64,000 bases of DNA from Calditrichales bacterium (GCA_965267575.1 OZ254086.1:3200001-3264000); one strand, 5' to 3'. Shown: positions 17,870 to 27,881, numbered from the stretch's first letter. Numbers and translations: made by a program. The notes: generated by a model from the letters alone, not told the origin.

Positions 17870-19156
17870 TTATATTCCCTGTTTTGTTTTTGCGGAGACA
17901 ATCCTAAATATCGCATACAGAACGATGCCGATCAAAACGGTGTAAAAAACGTCGCCAAGCTGCGATAGCCTGGCACTGTAGAGCAGGGCGATTGAAGCGG
18001 CGGCACCGACAAGGGCAAAAGCTACGCCGTAAGGTAGACGATATTGTGCGGGTGGTGCATCTTTCTTTTTGCGCAGCCGGATTAGGGCGATGCAAACAGC
18101 CAGAAATATCAACACTTTGCTGATGACGCTGATCGAAACGGCGTATATAAATGAGCCTGTCAGCGAGACCAACAGCGAAACAGCCGAAAAAACAAGCAAT
18201 GACGGCACCGGTGTACTGAATCGTTTATGCAAACGTGAAAAAACCTGTGGCAGCTGCTCTTCTTCACTCAGGGCAAAAGGCACACGCGAGCCAATCAGCA
18301 TGACGGCGTTTAATGTGCCGCCGATGGAAATAACCGCGCCGATTGTGATCAGGGTGCCGCCAAAGGGACCCATAAAAGCCTGCGCAGCATCCGTCAGCGG
18401 TTTTTCCGAAGCAGCCAGTTCCGGCAGCGTGCCAATACTGACCACCTGGATTAAGGCATAGAAAATGGCCACGAAAATGATCGAAGCGATTAAAGCAAAC
18501 GGGATATTTTTGCCGGGATGGCGCACCTCGCCCGTGTTGACAAGAACGGCTTCGAAACCTGTAAAGGCAAAGATCAGCACAAGTACCGTCGAAGCGAACG
18601 CGTCCGTATTTGGTGGAGCCTGCTGAAAGTCGATGAGCTGTGGATCGAGATAAAATAATCCCACCACGACAAAAATAAGCAACGGCAGGACCTTGGCAAC
18701 GGCCAGGGTATTACTAAGCAGTGTGGATTGCCTGACGCCCCGGTAGTTAACCAGTGTTAAAACGATTGTTATTGTTATGATGGCCGCAAACCGGAAGCCC
18801 GGCTGTATCAATGCCGGCAGGAAATGACCCAGGTAGGTTACGACCAGGTGGATAAGCGCGGCATAAGTGGCAAGGCGCGTTATAAGGATCAGCCAGCCGA
18901 TGATGAAGGCCGGTATTTTGCCGAAAGCGCTGAGTGTATACAAATAAGGCCCGCCGGTTTTGCTGAACCTGCTGGCCACTTCGGCGAAGTTGAAGACCAG
19001 GACGAGCACGATCGCGGCGCACACAAAAAGGGCCGCCAGGCTGTAAACTCCGGAAAGGGCAAATATCTTTGAGGGTAGACCAAAAATGCCGGCGCCGATG
19101 ATGCTGTTGATCATCAGCAGAAACAGGTCCCAGCGTTTGATTTCGCGTTTCAGCAT
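17870..19156 (-). CDS. APC-family amino acid permease
   Basis: LKREI..NSIIGAGIF, TGGPYLY, FAFTGFE..GEV; about 12 TM. ATG 19156. Confidence 0.9.
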   Translation of the reverse strand: MLKREIKRWDLFLLMINSIIGAGIFGLPSKIFALSGVYSLAALFVCAAIVLVLVFNFAEVASRFSKTGGPYLYTLSAFGKIPAFIIGWLILITRLATYAALIHLVVTYLGHFLPALIQPGFRFAAIITITIVLTLVNYRGVRQSTLLSNTLAVAKVLPLLIFVVVGLFYLDPQLIDFQQAPPNTDAFASTVLVLIFAFTGFEAVLVNTGEVRHPGKNIPFALIASIIFVAIFYALIQVVSIGTLPELAASEKPLTDAAQAFMGPFGGTLITIGAVISIGGTLNAVMLIGSRVPFALSEEEQLPQVFSRLHKRFSTPVPSLLVFSAVSLLVSLTGSFIYAVSISVISKVLIFLAVCIALIRLRKKKDAPPAQYRLPYGVAFALVGAAASIALLYSARLSQLGDVFYTVLIGIVLYAIFRIVSAKTKQGI

Positions 19157-19243
19157 TTGATTCGTTGTTTTATAGTGAGTAAATGTACCCGGCGGCAACA
19201 TATTTAGGTTGTTGGGTGGATTAAATCAAATCCGGGTTGGATG

Positions 19244-19481
19244 GCGTACCGACGGTACGCAGATTTAAATATATTCCTGTATTCTACCCATGTGTTGGCC
19301 CTATGGGACATTGGGTGTGAATATGCGCAGTAAGGTGCTTGCCTATCGCGTCGCAGCATGCTCATATTGTATTGGAAATTTCATTATTAATGATTTGCAA
19401 AAATCATCAGGTGTCCCAAAGGGACAAAACAGGGGTAGAAGGAAAAAATTATTTCTAACAGCGAGTGCCGTCAGGTACACG
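19244..19481. repeat. Inverted pair of REP doublets (BIME-like)
   Basis: Left: gcgtaccgacggtacgc...ttctaccc...gccctatgggaca. Right: tgtcccaaagggaca...gggtagaa...gtgccgtcaggtacac. The two arms mirror each other. Confidence 0.7.
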
Positions 19482-19502
19482 TTCCCGGTCACCACATCAG
19501 CG

Positions 19503-20222
19503 TCACGCTACGCCCACAAACAGCTCTCCGCGGCCAAACGGGTCATCCCGGGTGGAAGACTTAAAACCGCAGTTTTCAAGCAGATTCAGCCAGGTGACCC
19601 GAGGGAACAGGCCGCAGTTATGCCGGTCATGGATGGTTCTGACGCTGCCGTCCGCATCGCGCAGCAGGAAAGCGTAGTCCACGGTGTAAGTAGTGTCGGC
19701 GGGATCGGGGTCGTATTGCCACTCGAGGTAGCGCGCCGCACGCCGCGGGCCGTCATGGCCCCCGTGTTCGGTCAGCTCACGGAAGGTTTCGCGCACATTG
19801 TCGGGCGCCAGTAACAGTATGCCGCCGGGATTGAGGTGGCTTTTGGCGGTTTGGAATGTTTGACGCAGGTCCTGCTCCGTGAGCAGGTAATCCAGCGCGT
19901 CGTGGATAAACACGGCATCAAACGTGCGCTGCAACCGCAGCGTGCGCATGTCCCCCTCAATGTGCTCCAATTCGGGGTTGATAGATTGACTAAGCTTGAG
20001 CATTTCCGGAGAGATGTCGCTGAGGGTGAGCCGGAAGTGTTTTTTCATGTGGCAGGCGTTGTTGCCGCCGCCGCTGCCTAATTCCAACACGGTTTTAACG
20101 GGGCGTTCGGCGCCTTGCTTCAGGATGTCGCTGTAAAAAGCGGCTTCTTCTTCATAATCTTGCGGCGCGGTGACCAGGTGAAACCAGGGCGCCAGCTTGT
20201 CGTAGAGTTTGGGGTGGGGCAT
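19503..20222 (-). CDS. Class I SAM-dependent methyltransferase
   Basis: VLELGSGGG, DISPEML, GDMRTLRL..FDAV, HLNPGG. Confidence 0.88.
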   Translation of the reverse strand: MPHPKLYDKLAPWFHLVTAPQDYEEEAAFYSDILKQGAERPVKTVLELGSGGGNNACHMKKHFRLTLSDISPEMLKLSQSINPELEHIEGDMRTLRLQRTFDAVFIHDALDYLLTEQDLRQTFQTAKSHLNPGGILLLAPDNVRETFRELTEHGGHDGPRRAARYLEWQYDPDPADTTYTVDYAFLLRDADGSVRTIHDRHNCGLFPRVTWLNLLENCGFKSSTRDDPFGRGELFVGVA

Positions 20223-20238
20223 GGTTTTTCGGGTCCTA

Positions 20239-20421
20239 TTAACCTGACAATTTTCCCAAATAAAAAGAAAGGCTTAGTAGTATGAGTAATGACGGTAAAA
20301 ATACTATCCAGAAAATAGAACGATCTTTTTTTGTGCCCTCCCAGGCAGGAGTAATTGTCCCAAGTAAAGGAATTGAAAGCAATAAAATAGCAACTATCGC
20401 CGCAATAAATTTCTCTACCAC
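20239..20421 (-). CDS. Small 2-TM hypothetical protein or gene remnant (AT-rich)
   Basis: Two hydrophobic helices; an in-frame upstream ATG at 20463 is followed by TAA at codon 4. Confidence 0.35.
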   Translation of the reverse strand: MVEKFIAAIVAILLLSIPLLGTITPAWEGTKKDRSIFWIVFLPSLLILLSLSFYLGKLSG

Positions 20422-20469
20422 AAGATTTCTACAAGCATGTAGATCTTTACCTTAAGCATTCATGGGTTT

Positions 20470-21003
20470 CTATAAAATTATTTTAAGAAGTTTTACTAAA
20501 GAAACTAAAAGTAAGACAACCCATGTAACAAAGAAACCTCGAAATAGATATGTGTCTATTACTTTTCTTGTATGACCCTTTCCTTTTTCAGTTAGGTTTT
20601 TTAGAGCTTCTTCATTCACAATAATTTGTTCAAATTCGGATTCATCGATATCTTGCCTATGAAGCTTTTGATAAACTTTAAAACGTGTCAGATATTTTTT
20701 GCCATTACTAACATTTTTTTCTGCCTCAATAATTCTGTCATGCCAGTAATCTACGTCGTAACCTCTAGCCAAAATCACTTTACGAAATTTAAAAAGAGAA
20801 AAAACCGACAGAATAGCAATTACTAAAAATACAATAATTATTAGTATTGCCTCAAAAATCGTGTTTGTATTTATTATTGTAATTGTTAATCCTGTACCAA
20901 TTGCTATAAAAATCGATTGCATGTTAAGTTGAAAGTTTCTATAAGATTGCAAGAGGTTATCTTGAATAGCGGATTCAGTATAAAGATTATTAAGTTCAGA
21001 CAC
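20470..21003 (-). CDS. AT-rich 3-TM hypothetical membrane protein
   Basis: 177 aa, two N-terminal TMs, YWHDRIIEAEK soluble loop, C-terminal TM; GAGGG RBS. Confidence 0.7.
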   Translation of the reverse strand: MSELNNLYTESAIQDNLLQSYRNFQLNMQSIFIAIGTGLTITIINTNTIFEAILIIIVFLVIAILSVFSLFKFRKVILARGYDVDYWHDRIIEAEKNVSNGKKYLTRFKVYQKLHRQDIDESEFEQIIVNEEALKNLTEKGKGHTRKVIDTYLFRGFFVTWVVLLLVSLVKLLKIIL

Positions 21004-21121
21004 ACTTATACCCTCGGATTAAGTTTTGTTGTCAAAAAGTAGCTTAATTATCGCGATAAGAATGGACAATTTAAGTTTTTTTGAAATACTTTTTGTAAAC
21101 ATAGTTTTTAGGAGGCTCATC

Positions 21122-23161
21122 ATGATTTCAAAATGGATATCACGAATTATCTTAACGTTTTTGTTGCTCGCGGGCACGGTATTCGCACAGCAAACCCACC
21201 CCTTCTCCATACATGATATGTTGGCCATGCAGCGCATTGGTGACCCGCAGGTGTCGCCGGATGGTAAGCAGGTAGCCTTTACCTTGCGCAGCACCGATCT
21301 GGAGGCCAACAAAGGCCGCAGCGACATCTGGCTGGTCAATGTAGATGGCAGCGGTTTAACACAACTTACTACGGACCCGGCCAACGACGTCAACCCGCGC
21401 TGGTTGCCCGATGGTTCGGGGATTGTCTTCCTGTCGTCGCGTTCCGGCAGCTACCAGGTGTGGCGCATGACGCCGGACGGTACGCCGCAGCAGGTGACCG
21501 ATCTGCCGCTGAGCGTGGGCAACCTCGTGGTCGCCCCCGATGGCAAAACCATCGCCTTTTCGATGAGTGTCTTCCCCGATTGCGAAACCATTGACTGCAC
21601 CGTGCAGCGTTTGGAAGAGATCAAGCAGCGCAAAGCCACGGGTATGATTTTTGACAAACTGTTTATCCGGCATTGGGATACCTGGAAAGACGGCCGTCGC
21701 TCGCACATGTTTACCATGCCGCTGGCCGGGGGTGATCCCTTGGATGTGATGGATAACATGGATGCCGATTCACCGTCGATGCCGTTTGGCGGGCCCGAAG
21801 AAATTGCCTTTACGCCGGACAGCAAAAGCCTGGTGTTTACCGCCCGCGATGCGGGCAGGGAAGAGGCCTGGTCGGTGGACTTTGATCTTTACGTTGTTCC
21901 CGTGGATGGCTCCGAAGCGCCGCGCTGCATCACTGAGGCCAACAAAGCCTGGGACACGCAGCCGGTTTTTTCGCCCGATGGTTCGACGCTGGCTTACCTG
22001 GCTATGGAGCGTCCCGGATTTGAAGCTGACCGTCTGCGCATTGTTCTGCGCGACTGGAATAGCGGCAAAGAGCGCGTGCTCACGCAGGATTGGGACCGTT
22101 CCGCTTCGGCCATTGTCTGGTCGGCAGATGGCAAAACAATCTACACCAACGCCGACAACCTGGGCCAGAAGTCGCTGTTTGCCATAGATGTAGCCACGGG
22201 CACGGTCGAAATCGTGCAGGAAAAAGGCACGGTGCGTTCCCCATCAGTTGCCGGGGACAAGCTCGTTTTTGGCATGGACCATCTGCGCTCGCCGGTTGAG
22301 TTGTACAGCATCAATCCTGATGGCAGCGGCCTGAAAGCGATTACCGCGATCAACGCCGGGCGCGTGGCTGCCGCGCGTATGGGCGAGCCGGAGCAGTTTA
22401 CGTTTAAAGGTTGGAACGATGAAACGGTCTACGCCTACATCGTCAAACCGGCTGATTTTGACCCGTCGAAAAAATATCCTGTGGCCTTCCTGATTCACGG
22501 CGGACCGCAGGGCTCTTTTGGCAACGATTTCCACTACCGCTGGAACCCGCAGGCCTATGCCGGTGCCGGTTATGCCGCTGTGATGGTCGACTTCCACGGC
22601 TCGGTTGGTTATGGGCAGGACTTCACCGACTCTATTCGTGAAGACTGGGGTGGCAAGCCGCTGGTGGATCTGCAAAAAGGTCTGGCTGCCGCGCTTGAAC
22701 GATACCCCTGGATGGACGGCGAACGCGTGGGGGCGCTGGGTGCTTCTTACGGCGGCTATATGATTAACTGGATTGCCGGCAACTGGCCCGATCGCTTTAA
22801 ATGCCTGGTAAACCACGATGGCAACCTGGATGAGCGCATGGCCTATTTTGACACGGAAGAGCTGTGGTTCCCTGAGTGGGAGCATGGCGGCACGCCCTGG
22901 GAAAATCCCGAAGGGTATGAAAAACACAACCCGGTCAATTTTGTAAAGAACTGGAAAACGCCGATGCTGGTGATTCACGGCGCGCTGGATTTCCGCGTGG
23001 TGGAAACGCAGGGTATGTCGACGTTTACGGCGCTGCAGCGCAAAGGCATCCCCAGCAAGTTTCTCTATTTCCCCGATGAAAACCACTGGGTGCTCAAGCC
23101 GCACAACAGCATCCAATGGCACGATACGGTTATTGGCTGGCTGGACCAGTGGGTGAAGTAG
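21122..23161 (+). CDS. Secreted S9-family (prolyl oligopeptidase/DPP5-like) peptidase
   Basis: TolB-like SPDG blades, IHGGPQG, GASYGG nucleophile, DFRV, DENHW; ATG 21122 with AGGAGG. Confidence 0.93.
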   Translation: MISKWISRIILTFLLLAGTVFAQQTHPFSIHDMLAMQRIGDPQVSPDGKQVAFTLRSTDLEANKGRSDIWLVNVDGSGLTQLTTDPANDVNPRWLPDGSGIVFLSSRSGSYQVWRMTPDGTPQQVTDLPLSVGNLVVAPDGKTIAFSMSVFPDCETIDCTVQRLEEIKQRKATGMIFDKLFIRHWDTWKDGRRSHMFTMPLAGGDPLDVMDNMDADSPSMPFGGPEEIAFTPDSKSLVFTARDAGREEAWSVDFDLYVVPVDGSEAPRCITEANKAWDTQPVFSPDGSTLAYLAMERPGFEADRLRIVLRDWNSGKERVLTQDWDRSASAIVWSADGKTIYTNADNLGQKSLFAIDVATGTVEIVQEKGTVRSPSVAGDKLVFGMDHLRSPVELYSINPDGSGLKAITAINAGRVAAARMGEPEQFTFKGWNDETVYAYIVKPADFDPSKKYPVAFLIHGGPQGSFGNDFHYRWNPQAYAGAGYAAVMVDFHGSVGYGQDFTDSIREDWGGKPLVDLQKGLAAALERYPWMDGERVGALGASYGGYMINWIAGNWPDRFKCLVNHDGNLDERMAYFDTEELWFPEWEHGGTPWENPEGYEKHNPVNFVKNWKTPMLVIHGALDFRVVETQGMSTFTALQRKGIPSKFLYFPDENHWVLKPHNSIQWHDTVIGWLDQWVK

Positions 23162-23490
23162 GAGTGTGCGAGCGTGTTAGTGTGCTTGAGTGTTAAGGTT
23201 TTCAGGCTTTTAGGTGTTCAGGTCTTGATCTTGCTCATGATCTCGATCCTGATCTAAATATTTCTGTCATCTCGAACGGATGTTGTGAGAGATCTGGGAA
23301 GCTCCTTAGTCATACTCTCTCACTTTTTCATGGATATCCCGGTTGGCTTTATGCCACACCGGGATTTTTTTCCTTTAATAGATAGTAAAGTGGTCAAATG
23401 CGTATCCCAGATCTCTCACATGCGTTCGAGATAACAAACGGTCGGAGCACTCTAACACCATAACACATTAACACTCTAACACGTCTTTCA
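23162..23490. repeat. Nested palindromic intergenic element
   Basis: GTGTT 8-mers, GATCxT 6-mers, long inverted repeat 23265-23299/23405-23436, inner hairpin 23336-23365, inverted AACAC 8-mers 23448-23482. Confidence 0.8.
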
Positions 23491-24684
23491 CTATTTTAGC
23501 TGCAGCATCATCACTTCCGCCGGCGCGCCGTAGCGCAACGGGGCCAGGGTGAGGCCCACGCCGTTGCTGACCGCAACGTTGAGCTGTTCAAGTTGGAAAA
23601 TGCCGCTGTAAAAGCGGGTCTCAAAGCGGCTGGGCGTTACCTCAATGCCCAGCGGGTGAAACACCACCTGCCCTCCGTGGGTATGTCCGGCCATGAACAG
23701 ATCGTAGCCCTGGCGGGCAGCTTCTTCCACAATAAACTGTGCCGGTTGGTGCACCAGCAGAATACGGTAATCCGCATCCGGAGCGGTTTTGAGTAAGTCG
23801 GTTAAAGAGTCGGGTTTTATGCGCCGGCTGTAGATGTGGGTTACACCGGTTACAAGAACACGCTTGCCGTTGTGCTGAAAAACGTAGTGCTTGTTATCAA
23901 GAAAGCGCCAGCCGCGTGCATTCAGTCCCTGTGCAATACTTTGCGGGTCAGCCCAGAAATCATGGTCCCCTAAAACGGCAATCTTTTCACGGGTCTTGTC
24001 ATTTTGCATCGATTGCAGTCCGGCCGAGATGAATTCGGTTCCGGATGTCACCAGGTCTCCGGCAAACATCACAATATCGGGCGGCGTTTTTTCCAGCAGA
24101 TCGCCTACCTGCTGCATTTTGTTATCACCGGTATAGCGGTCCAGCTGCAGGTCGGCCAGCAAACCGATCTGCAAGCCACTTAACGCTTCGGCCCTGCCGG
24201 AAAGCTCAATTTCCTGCGTATTGAGGCGTACGATATTGGTGTGGTACCAGGCTTGTATCGGCACGAAAACAATCATGCCTAAAAGCCAGCCCGTTTTTAC
24301 CCAGGCCAGGCCGTTGACCCAGCGCGGTTGCTTGTAGAGTATCTTGCTTATGCCCGCGCCCAGATCGGCCAGCAGGTAAACCGGCAGTACTTCCATGATC
24401 ACGATAACACCGATCCAGAAAGGATAATGGAAAACTATGTCCTGCCACACGGGCTTTGTGTTAAATACAAACAAACTGTTCAGGTTGCCGGAAATATAAG
24501 TGCCATAATAGATAACAGGAAGGGCGTAAAACCAAAGGACGATCAGTGTGAAAACCAATCCCAGCTGGCGGCGGGAAAGCGGCAGGGTACGGCTGAGCGC
24601 GTTGCTCCCGCTAAGCCACATATAAATGATCTCCGGCAGCATGATCAGCGATACAAATACGACGTTACGAATGGTCCAGGGCAT
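23491..24684 (-). CDS. Membrane-anchored metallophosphoesterase (YkuE/YaeI-like)
   Basis: N-terminal TMs; ADLQ, AGDLV, LGDHD, LVHQP, AGHTHGGQV. Confidence 0.85.
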   Translation of the reverse strand: MPWTIRNVVFVSLIMLPEIIYMWLSGSNALSRTLPLSRRQLGLVFTLIVLWFYALPVIYYGTYISGNLNSLFVFNTKPVWQDIVFHYPFWIGVIVIMEVLPVYLLADLGAGISKILYKQPRWVNGLAWVKTGWLLGMIVFVPIQAWYHTNIVRLNTQEIELSGRAEALSGLQIGLLADLQLDRYTGDNKMQQVGDLLEKTPPDIVMFAGDLVTSGTEFISAGLQSMQNDKTREKIAVLGDHDFWADPQSIAQGLNARGWRFLDNKHYVFQHNGKRVLVTGVTHIYSRRIKPDSLTDLLKTAPDADYRILLVHQPAQFIVEEAARQGYDLFMAGHTHGGQVVFHPLGIEVTPSRFETRFYSGIFQLEQLNVAVSNGVGLTLAPLRYGAPAEVMMLQLK

Positions 24685-24687
24685 GAT

Positions 24688-24851
24688 GTATGTGCTAAAG
24701 TGTTAGTGTGTTAATGTGCTCGGGTGTTCAGGGTTTATGTTTTCATCTTGATCGTGATCATGCTCCTGATCCTGATCTTCTTTACCAATTGTGGCGATCC
24801 CGGTGTTGGCTGGCTGCCAAACCCCGATAAATCGGGACAGGCCGGGATGAC
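24688..24851. repeat. 8-mer array + 6-mer array + composite REP (copy 2)
   Basis: gtgctaaa gtgttagt gtgttaat gtgctcgg gtgttcag; atcttg atcgtg atcatg ctcctg atcctg; CGATCCCGG...CCGGGATGAC at 24795-24851. Confidence 0.8.
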
Positions 24852-24872
24852 CTGTATTTTCCCGTATTTTTC

Positions 24873-25169
24873 TTAGAGCAGCTTTTTCACGCTGTCTACT
24901 TTGTCATCCAAACCTTGTTCTTTATCTGTGCGCGTACCCAGTTTTACCGTGGTTGTAATGCGCGGCGCGCCCATTTCATGAAGGCGCTGATGACATCGTT
25001 TTAACGACTGGAACACCTCTTCCCATTCCCCCTCGATATTTGTACCGTAAGCGTGCAGGGCGTGCTTTAGACCCATCTCCTTAAAAACTTTCTCACATTC
25101 GGCAACATATTTGGAAATCGAAACGCCGACTCCCACGGGAACTATGCTAAAATCCGCCATTACTTTCAT
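24873..25169 (-). CDS. MTH1187/YkoF-like thiamine-binding protein
   Basis: ADFSIVPVGVGVSISKYVA...HAYGTNIEGEW...GAPRI...RTDK. Confidence 0.88.
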   Translation of the reverse strand: MKVMADFSIVPVGVGVSISKYVAECEKVFKEMGLKHALHAYGTNIEGEWEEVFQSLKRCHQRLHEMGAPRITTTVKLGTRTDKEQGLDDKVDSVKKLL

Positions 25170-25249
25170 GTTACATCCTCCTTTGTAAAACCTGTTTTAA
25201 AAACAAGCACTAAAACCGCCGCGGAGACTGTAATTTCATTAACATTAGT

Positions 25250-25957
25250 CTAATGCTTTTCCCAATAGCCCCAGTCCGATTCGCGCACCCGCTCGGCACG
25301 CCAGCCGGTAAACAGGTAAAAAGCTCTTAGTGCACCATGCCAGAATTTTTTTACAACCCCGCGCTCCAGGCGACGATGATCTGTTTCGTAGACTTTTAGC
25401 ATGCCTTTGTAGGGCACTTTCCAGCCGGCCTTTTTGATGCGTATCAGGATATCGCTGTCCTCGCTGTGCGCCAGCCGTTCATCGAATCCGCCTGTTTCCG
25501 TAAGCGCCTTGCGACGGATCAGCATATTGGAGCCGCTGCCGATGGGGATGCCAAACCAGGACATCACGCGCATGGCGGCACTGTAGCAACGGTAATAAGC
25601 GCGATATTTCCTGCGGCTCAGCTTGGCGCCCATGATAGCCCCGACATTGGCAGAAATTTCCAGCTTTTGCAGCTTCGCAAAATATTTTTTGTCGAATGCC
25701 ATATCGGCATCGCTGTATAGCAGCCATTCGCTTGCGGCATGGTCGGCGCCACGCTGTCGGGCCAGCGGGATATTGCCGGGTTCACGCAATACAATCGTAT
25801 TTTGCGGGCGTATTTTTTTAATGACCGTTTCCGTCTCGTCATCACTGGCATCTACAACAATCAGCGTCAGCTCCGGCGGCAAAGTTTGCAGAAAGCTTTG
25901 TATGTTTTGCGCTTCGTTTTTTGTCGGAACGATCAGCGTGATATCATCCGGTTTCAT
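25250..25957 (-). CDS. Glycosyltransferase family 2
   Basis: IVPTKNE, VVD.S.D, DAD, GGFDE...ED, RRL. Confidence 0.88.
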   Translation of the reverse strand: MKPDDITLIVPTKNEAQNIQSFLQTLPPELTLIVVDASDDETETVIKKIRPQNTIVLREPGNIPLARQRGADHAASEWLLYSDADMAFDKKYFAKLQKLEISANVGAIMGAKLSRRKYRAYYRCYSAAMRVMSWFGIPIGSGSNMLIRRKALTETGGFDERLAHSEDSDILIRIKKAGWKVPYKGMLKVYETDHRRLERGVVKKFWHGALRAFYLFTGWRAERVRESDWGYWEKH

Positions 25958-27802
25958 CTATTCATCTCTCGCAATGATGGCGTAGGAAAAACCCGCTTTG
26001 AACCAGCGTCCCGGCATAGGCACCCCCGGGATATCCTGGTATGATAGGTCCCCCAAATTGGTCACATCGATATAAATATTCAGCCCGTTGCCGTTGTTGT
26101 AATTTATGCGCGCGTCGCCCAGGAAATGGTCGCCACTGTTTAAACGATCTTCAAAGCGTGCCCGCCAATGCAGCGACAGTGCAGGCCAGAAGGGTAGCTG
26201 ATGGTCCAACCCCACGGTGGCCTGCGTGCGGAAATGGGTCAGCGTATAGCGCGAAATAAAACCGGGTTTATCCAGATCGGAATCCAGCCGGGTGACACGG
26301 GCAAACACCCTGTTTATAAAGCCGCCATTTGGAAAAAACTGAGCGTTTCCTTCCAGGCCGTTGGTCTGCATTGCCGTGATGTTCTGCGCCTCATACATAT
26401 CGTCCGCCGGATCCAGTACAAAATCAATCAGGTTTTCGCTGTTACGGTAAAAAAAGGTGCCTCCCAGTTGCAGTGGCCCGAGCGTGGCGCTAAAACCGCC
26501 TTCAATATTTTCTGATTTTTCTGACTCCAGTGCGGCGTTGCCGGAAGTGACCGGGTCATTGTAATAAAGCTCTGTATAAGTGGGAACCCGGAAGCCCTGG
26601 GCATAGCTGGCGAAAAAATGCAGATTTTCGGTCAGGCCGAGATTGACATCCAGACCGGGCCAGGCCTGCCACTCTTCCGTGCTGTATTTATAGGCCGAAA
26701 CGCCCGCCGCAAAACTGAACGGATCAAGCTCAAATTGCTGCTGGAAAAACGTACCGAGCGTTGAACGTGTATGCCGCCCCAGGTTATTGCTTTTAATGCC
26801 CTGGACAGACCATTCCAGGCCAATGGTGCTGACACCCAGCGCCGAATAATAACTCAGGTGTGCGTCATTGCTGAAACCCTGCGTCAGGTGTGTGTTCTGG
26901 TAAAAGGCGGGATCGCTGCGCACCAGCCGGAAAATATCACGGTGTTCGCGCCAGCCGCTGTTGGCCTGCAAGCGCCATTTTCTGGAGATAAAGCTTCCCG
27001 TGGCCTGCACGTACCACACTTCGATCTCTTCGTATTGTTCGGGAAAACGCGTCGTGTAGAAACTGTTGGCGCCAAATTGTTTGTCGCTGTAGCCGCTTGC
27101 CGCGGAGATGGTAATGTCGTCAAACTCAAACGTGGAGTTGTGTGAGATTGTCGTATTCAGAAAATCGGTGTTGGGCCGGTAGCCGTCGCTGCTGCCGCGT
27201 GATGCCGAAATGCGGTGCTTGCCGGCGCCCCAGGGGTAAAAAGCGGAAAGACCGGCATCATTCAGGTTATGTTCTCCCAGCATGCTGAACAGGCGCACCC
27301 CCGGTTTCTCACCCTTGCGGGTAATGATGTTGATAACCCCGCCAAAAGCATTAGGGCCGTATAAGCGCGATCCCGGACCGCGCAAAACTTCTATCCGCGC
27401 GATATCGTTTACATGCACGGGAATATTCATATTATGATGCCCGGTCTGCGGGTCGTTCATTTTTACGCCATCCAGCAAAATCAGGGTTTGCTCAAAGCCG
27501 GCGCCGCGGATGCTGACATCCGCCTGTATGCCTTGTGTGCCGCGTTGCTGCACATCTACGCCGGCGGCATATTCCAGCACTTCCGGCAACGACTGCACCG
27601 GCATCAGCCGGATGTCCTTTGCCTTTATTACTTCAACGCTGCGCGCCACATCCGCGAAAACCACAGGCAGTTTTGTGGCTGTGATAACAATATCTTCGTC
27701 CAGGTCATACACCTGTAAAGTGTCTTCCGGCGTATCTAAAGCCTGCCCTGTTTTTAAGAGTAGAACAAACAGGAAAATCAATGCGGGGAATAGTTTTCTC
27801 AT
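25958..27802 (-). CDS. TonB-dependent outer-membrane receptor
   Basis: IVITAT TonB-box region, SIRG, LLDGV, DPQTGHH, RIEVLRGPGS.LYG.NA.GGVINIIT, PGR near the C-terminus. Confidence 0.93.
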   Translation of the reverse strand: MRKLFPALIFLFVLLLKTGQALDTPEDTLQVYDLDEDIVITATKLPVVFADVARSVEVIKAKDIRLMPVQSLPEVLEYAAGVDVQQRGTQGIQADVSIRGAGFEQTLILLDGVKMNDPQTGHHNMNIPVHVNDIARIEVLRGPGSRLYGPNAFGGVINIITRKGEKPGVRLFSMLGEHNLNDAGLSAFYPWGAGKHRISASRGSSDGYRPNTDFLNTTISHNSTFEFDDITISAASGYSDKQFGANSFYTTRFPEQYEEIEVWYVQATGSFISRKWRLQANSGWREHRDIFRLVRSDPAFYQNTHLTQGFSNDAHLSYYSALGVSTIGLEWSVQGIKSNNLGRHTRSTLGTFFQQQFELDPFSFAAGVSAYKYSTEEWQAWPGLDVNLGLTENLHFFASYAQGFRVPTYTELYYNDPVTSGNAALESEKSENIEGGFSATLGPLQLGGTFFYRNSENLIDFVLDPADDMYEAQNITAMQTNGLEGNAQFFPNGGFINRVFARVTRLDSDLDKPGFISRYTLTHFRTQATVGLDHQLPFWPALSLHWRARFEDRLNSGDHFLGDARINYNNGNGLNIYIDVTNLGDLSYQDIPGVPMPGRWFKAGFSYAIIARDE

Positions 27803-27842
27803 GGTTTAAACGGGGTCTTTGTTTTACGTATGCGCTAAACTA

Positions 27843-27881
27843 CGCATTAAAAAAAATCGATTCCACGCGCATTAAAAAAAT
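27843..27881. promoter_or_regulatory. Direct repeat in divergent promoter region
   Basis: CGCATT-A8-T (27843) and CGCATT-A7-T (27868); also CAACCGC twice (27892, 27915). Confidence 0.4.

Noticed and set aside
19290..19814. 174-aa plus-strand ORF
   Set aside because: Runs through the REP doublet and antisense to the methyltransferase; no protein-like features.
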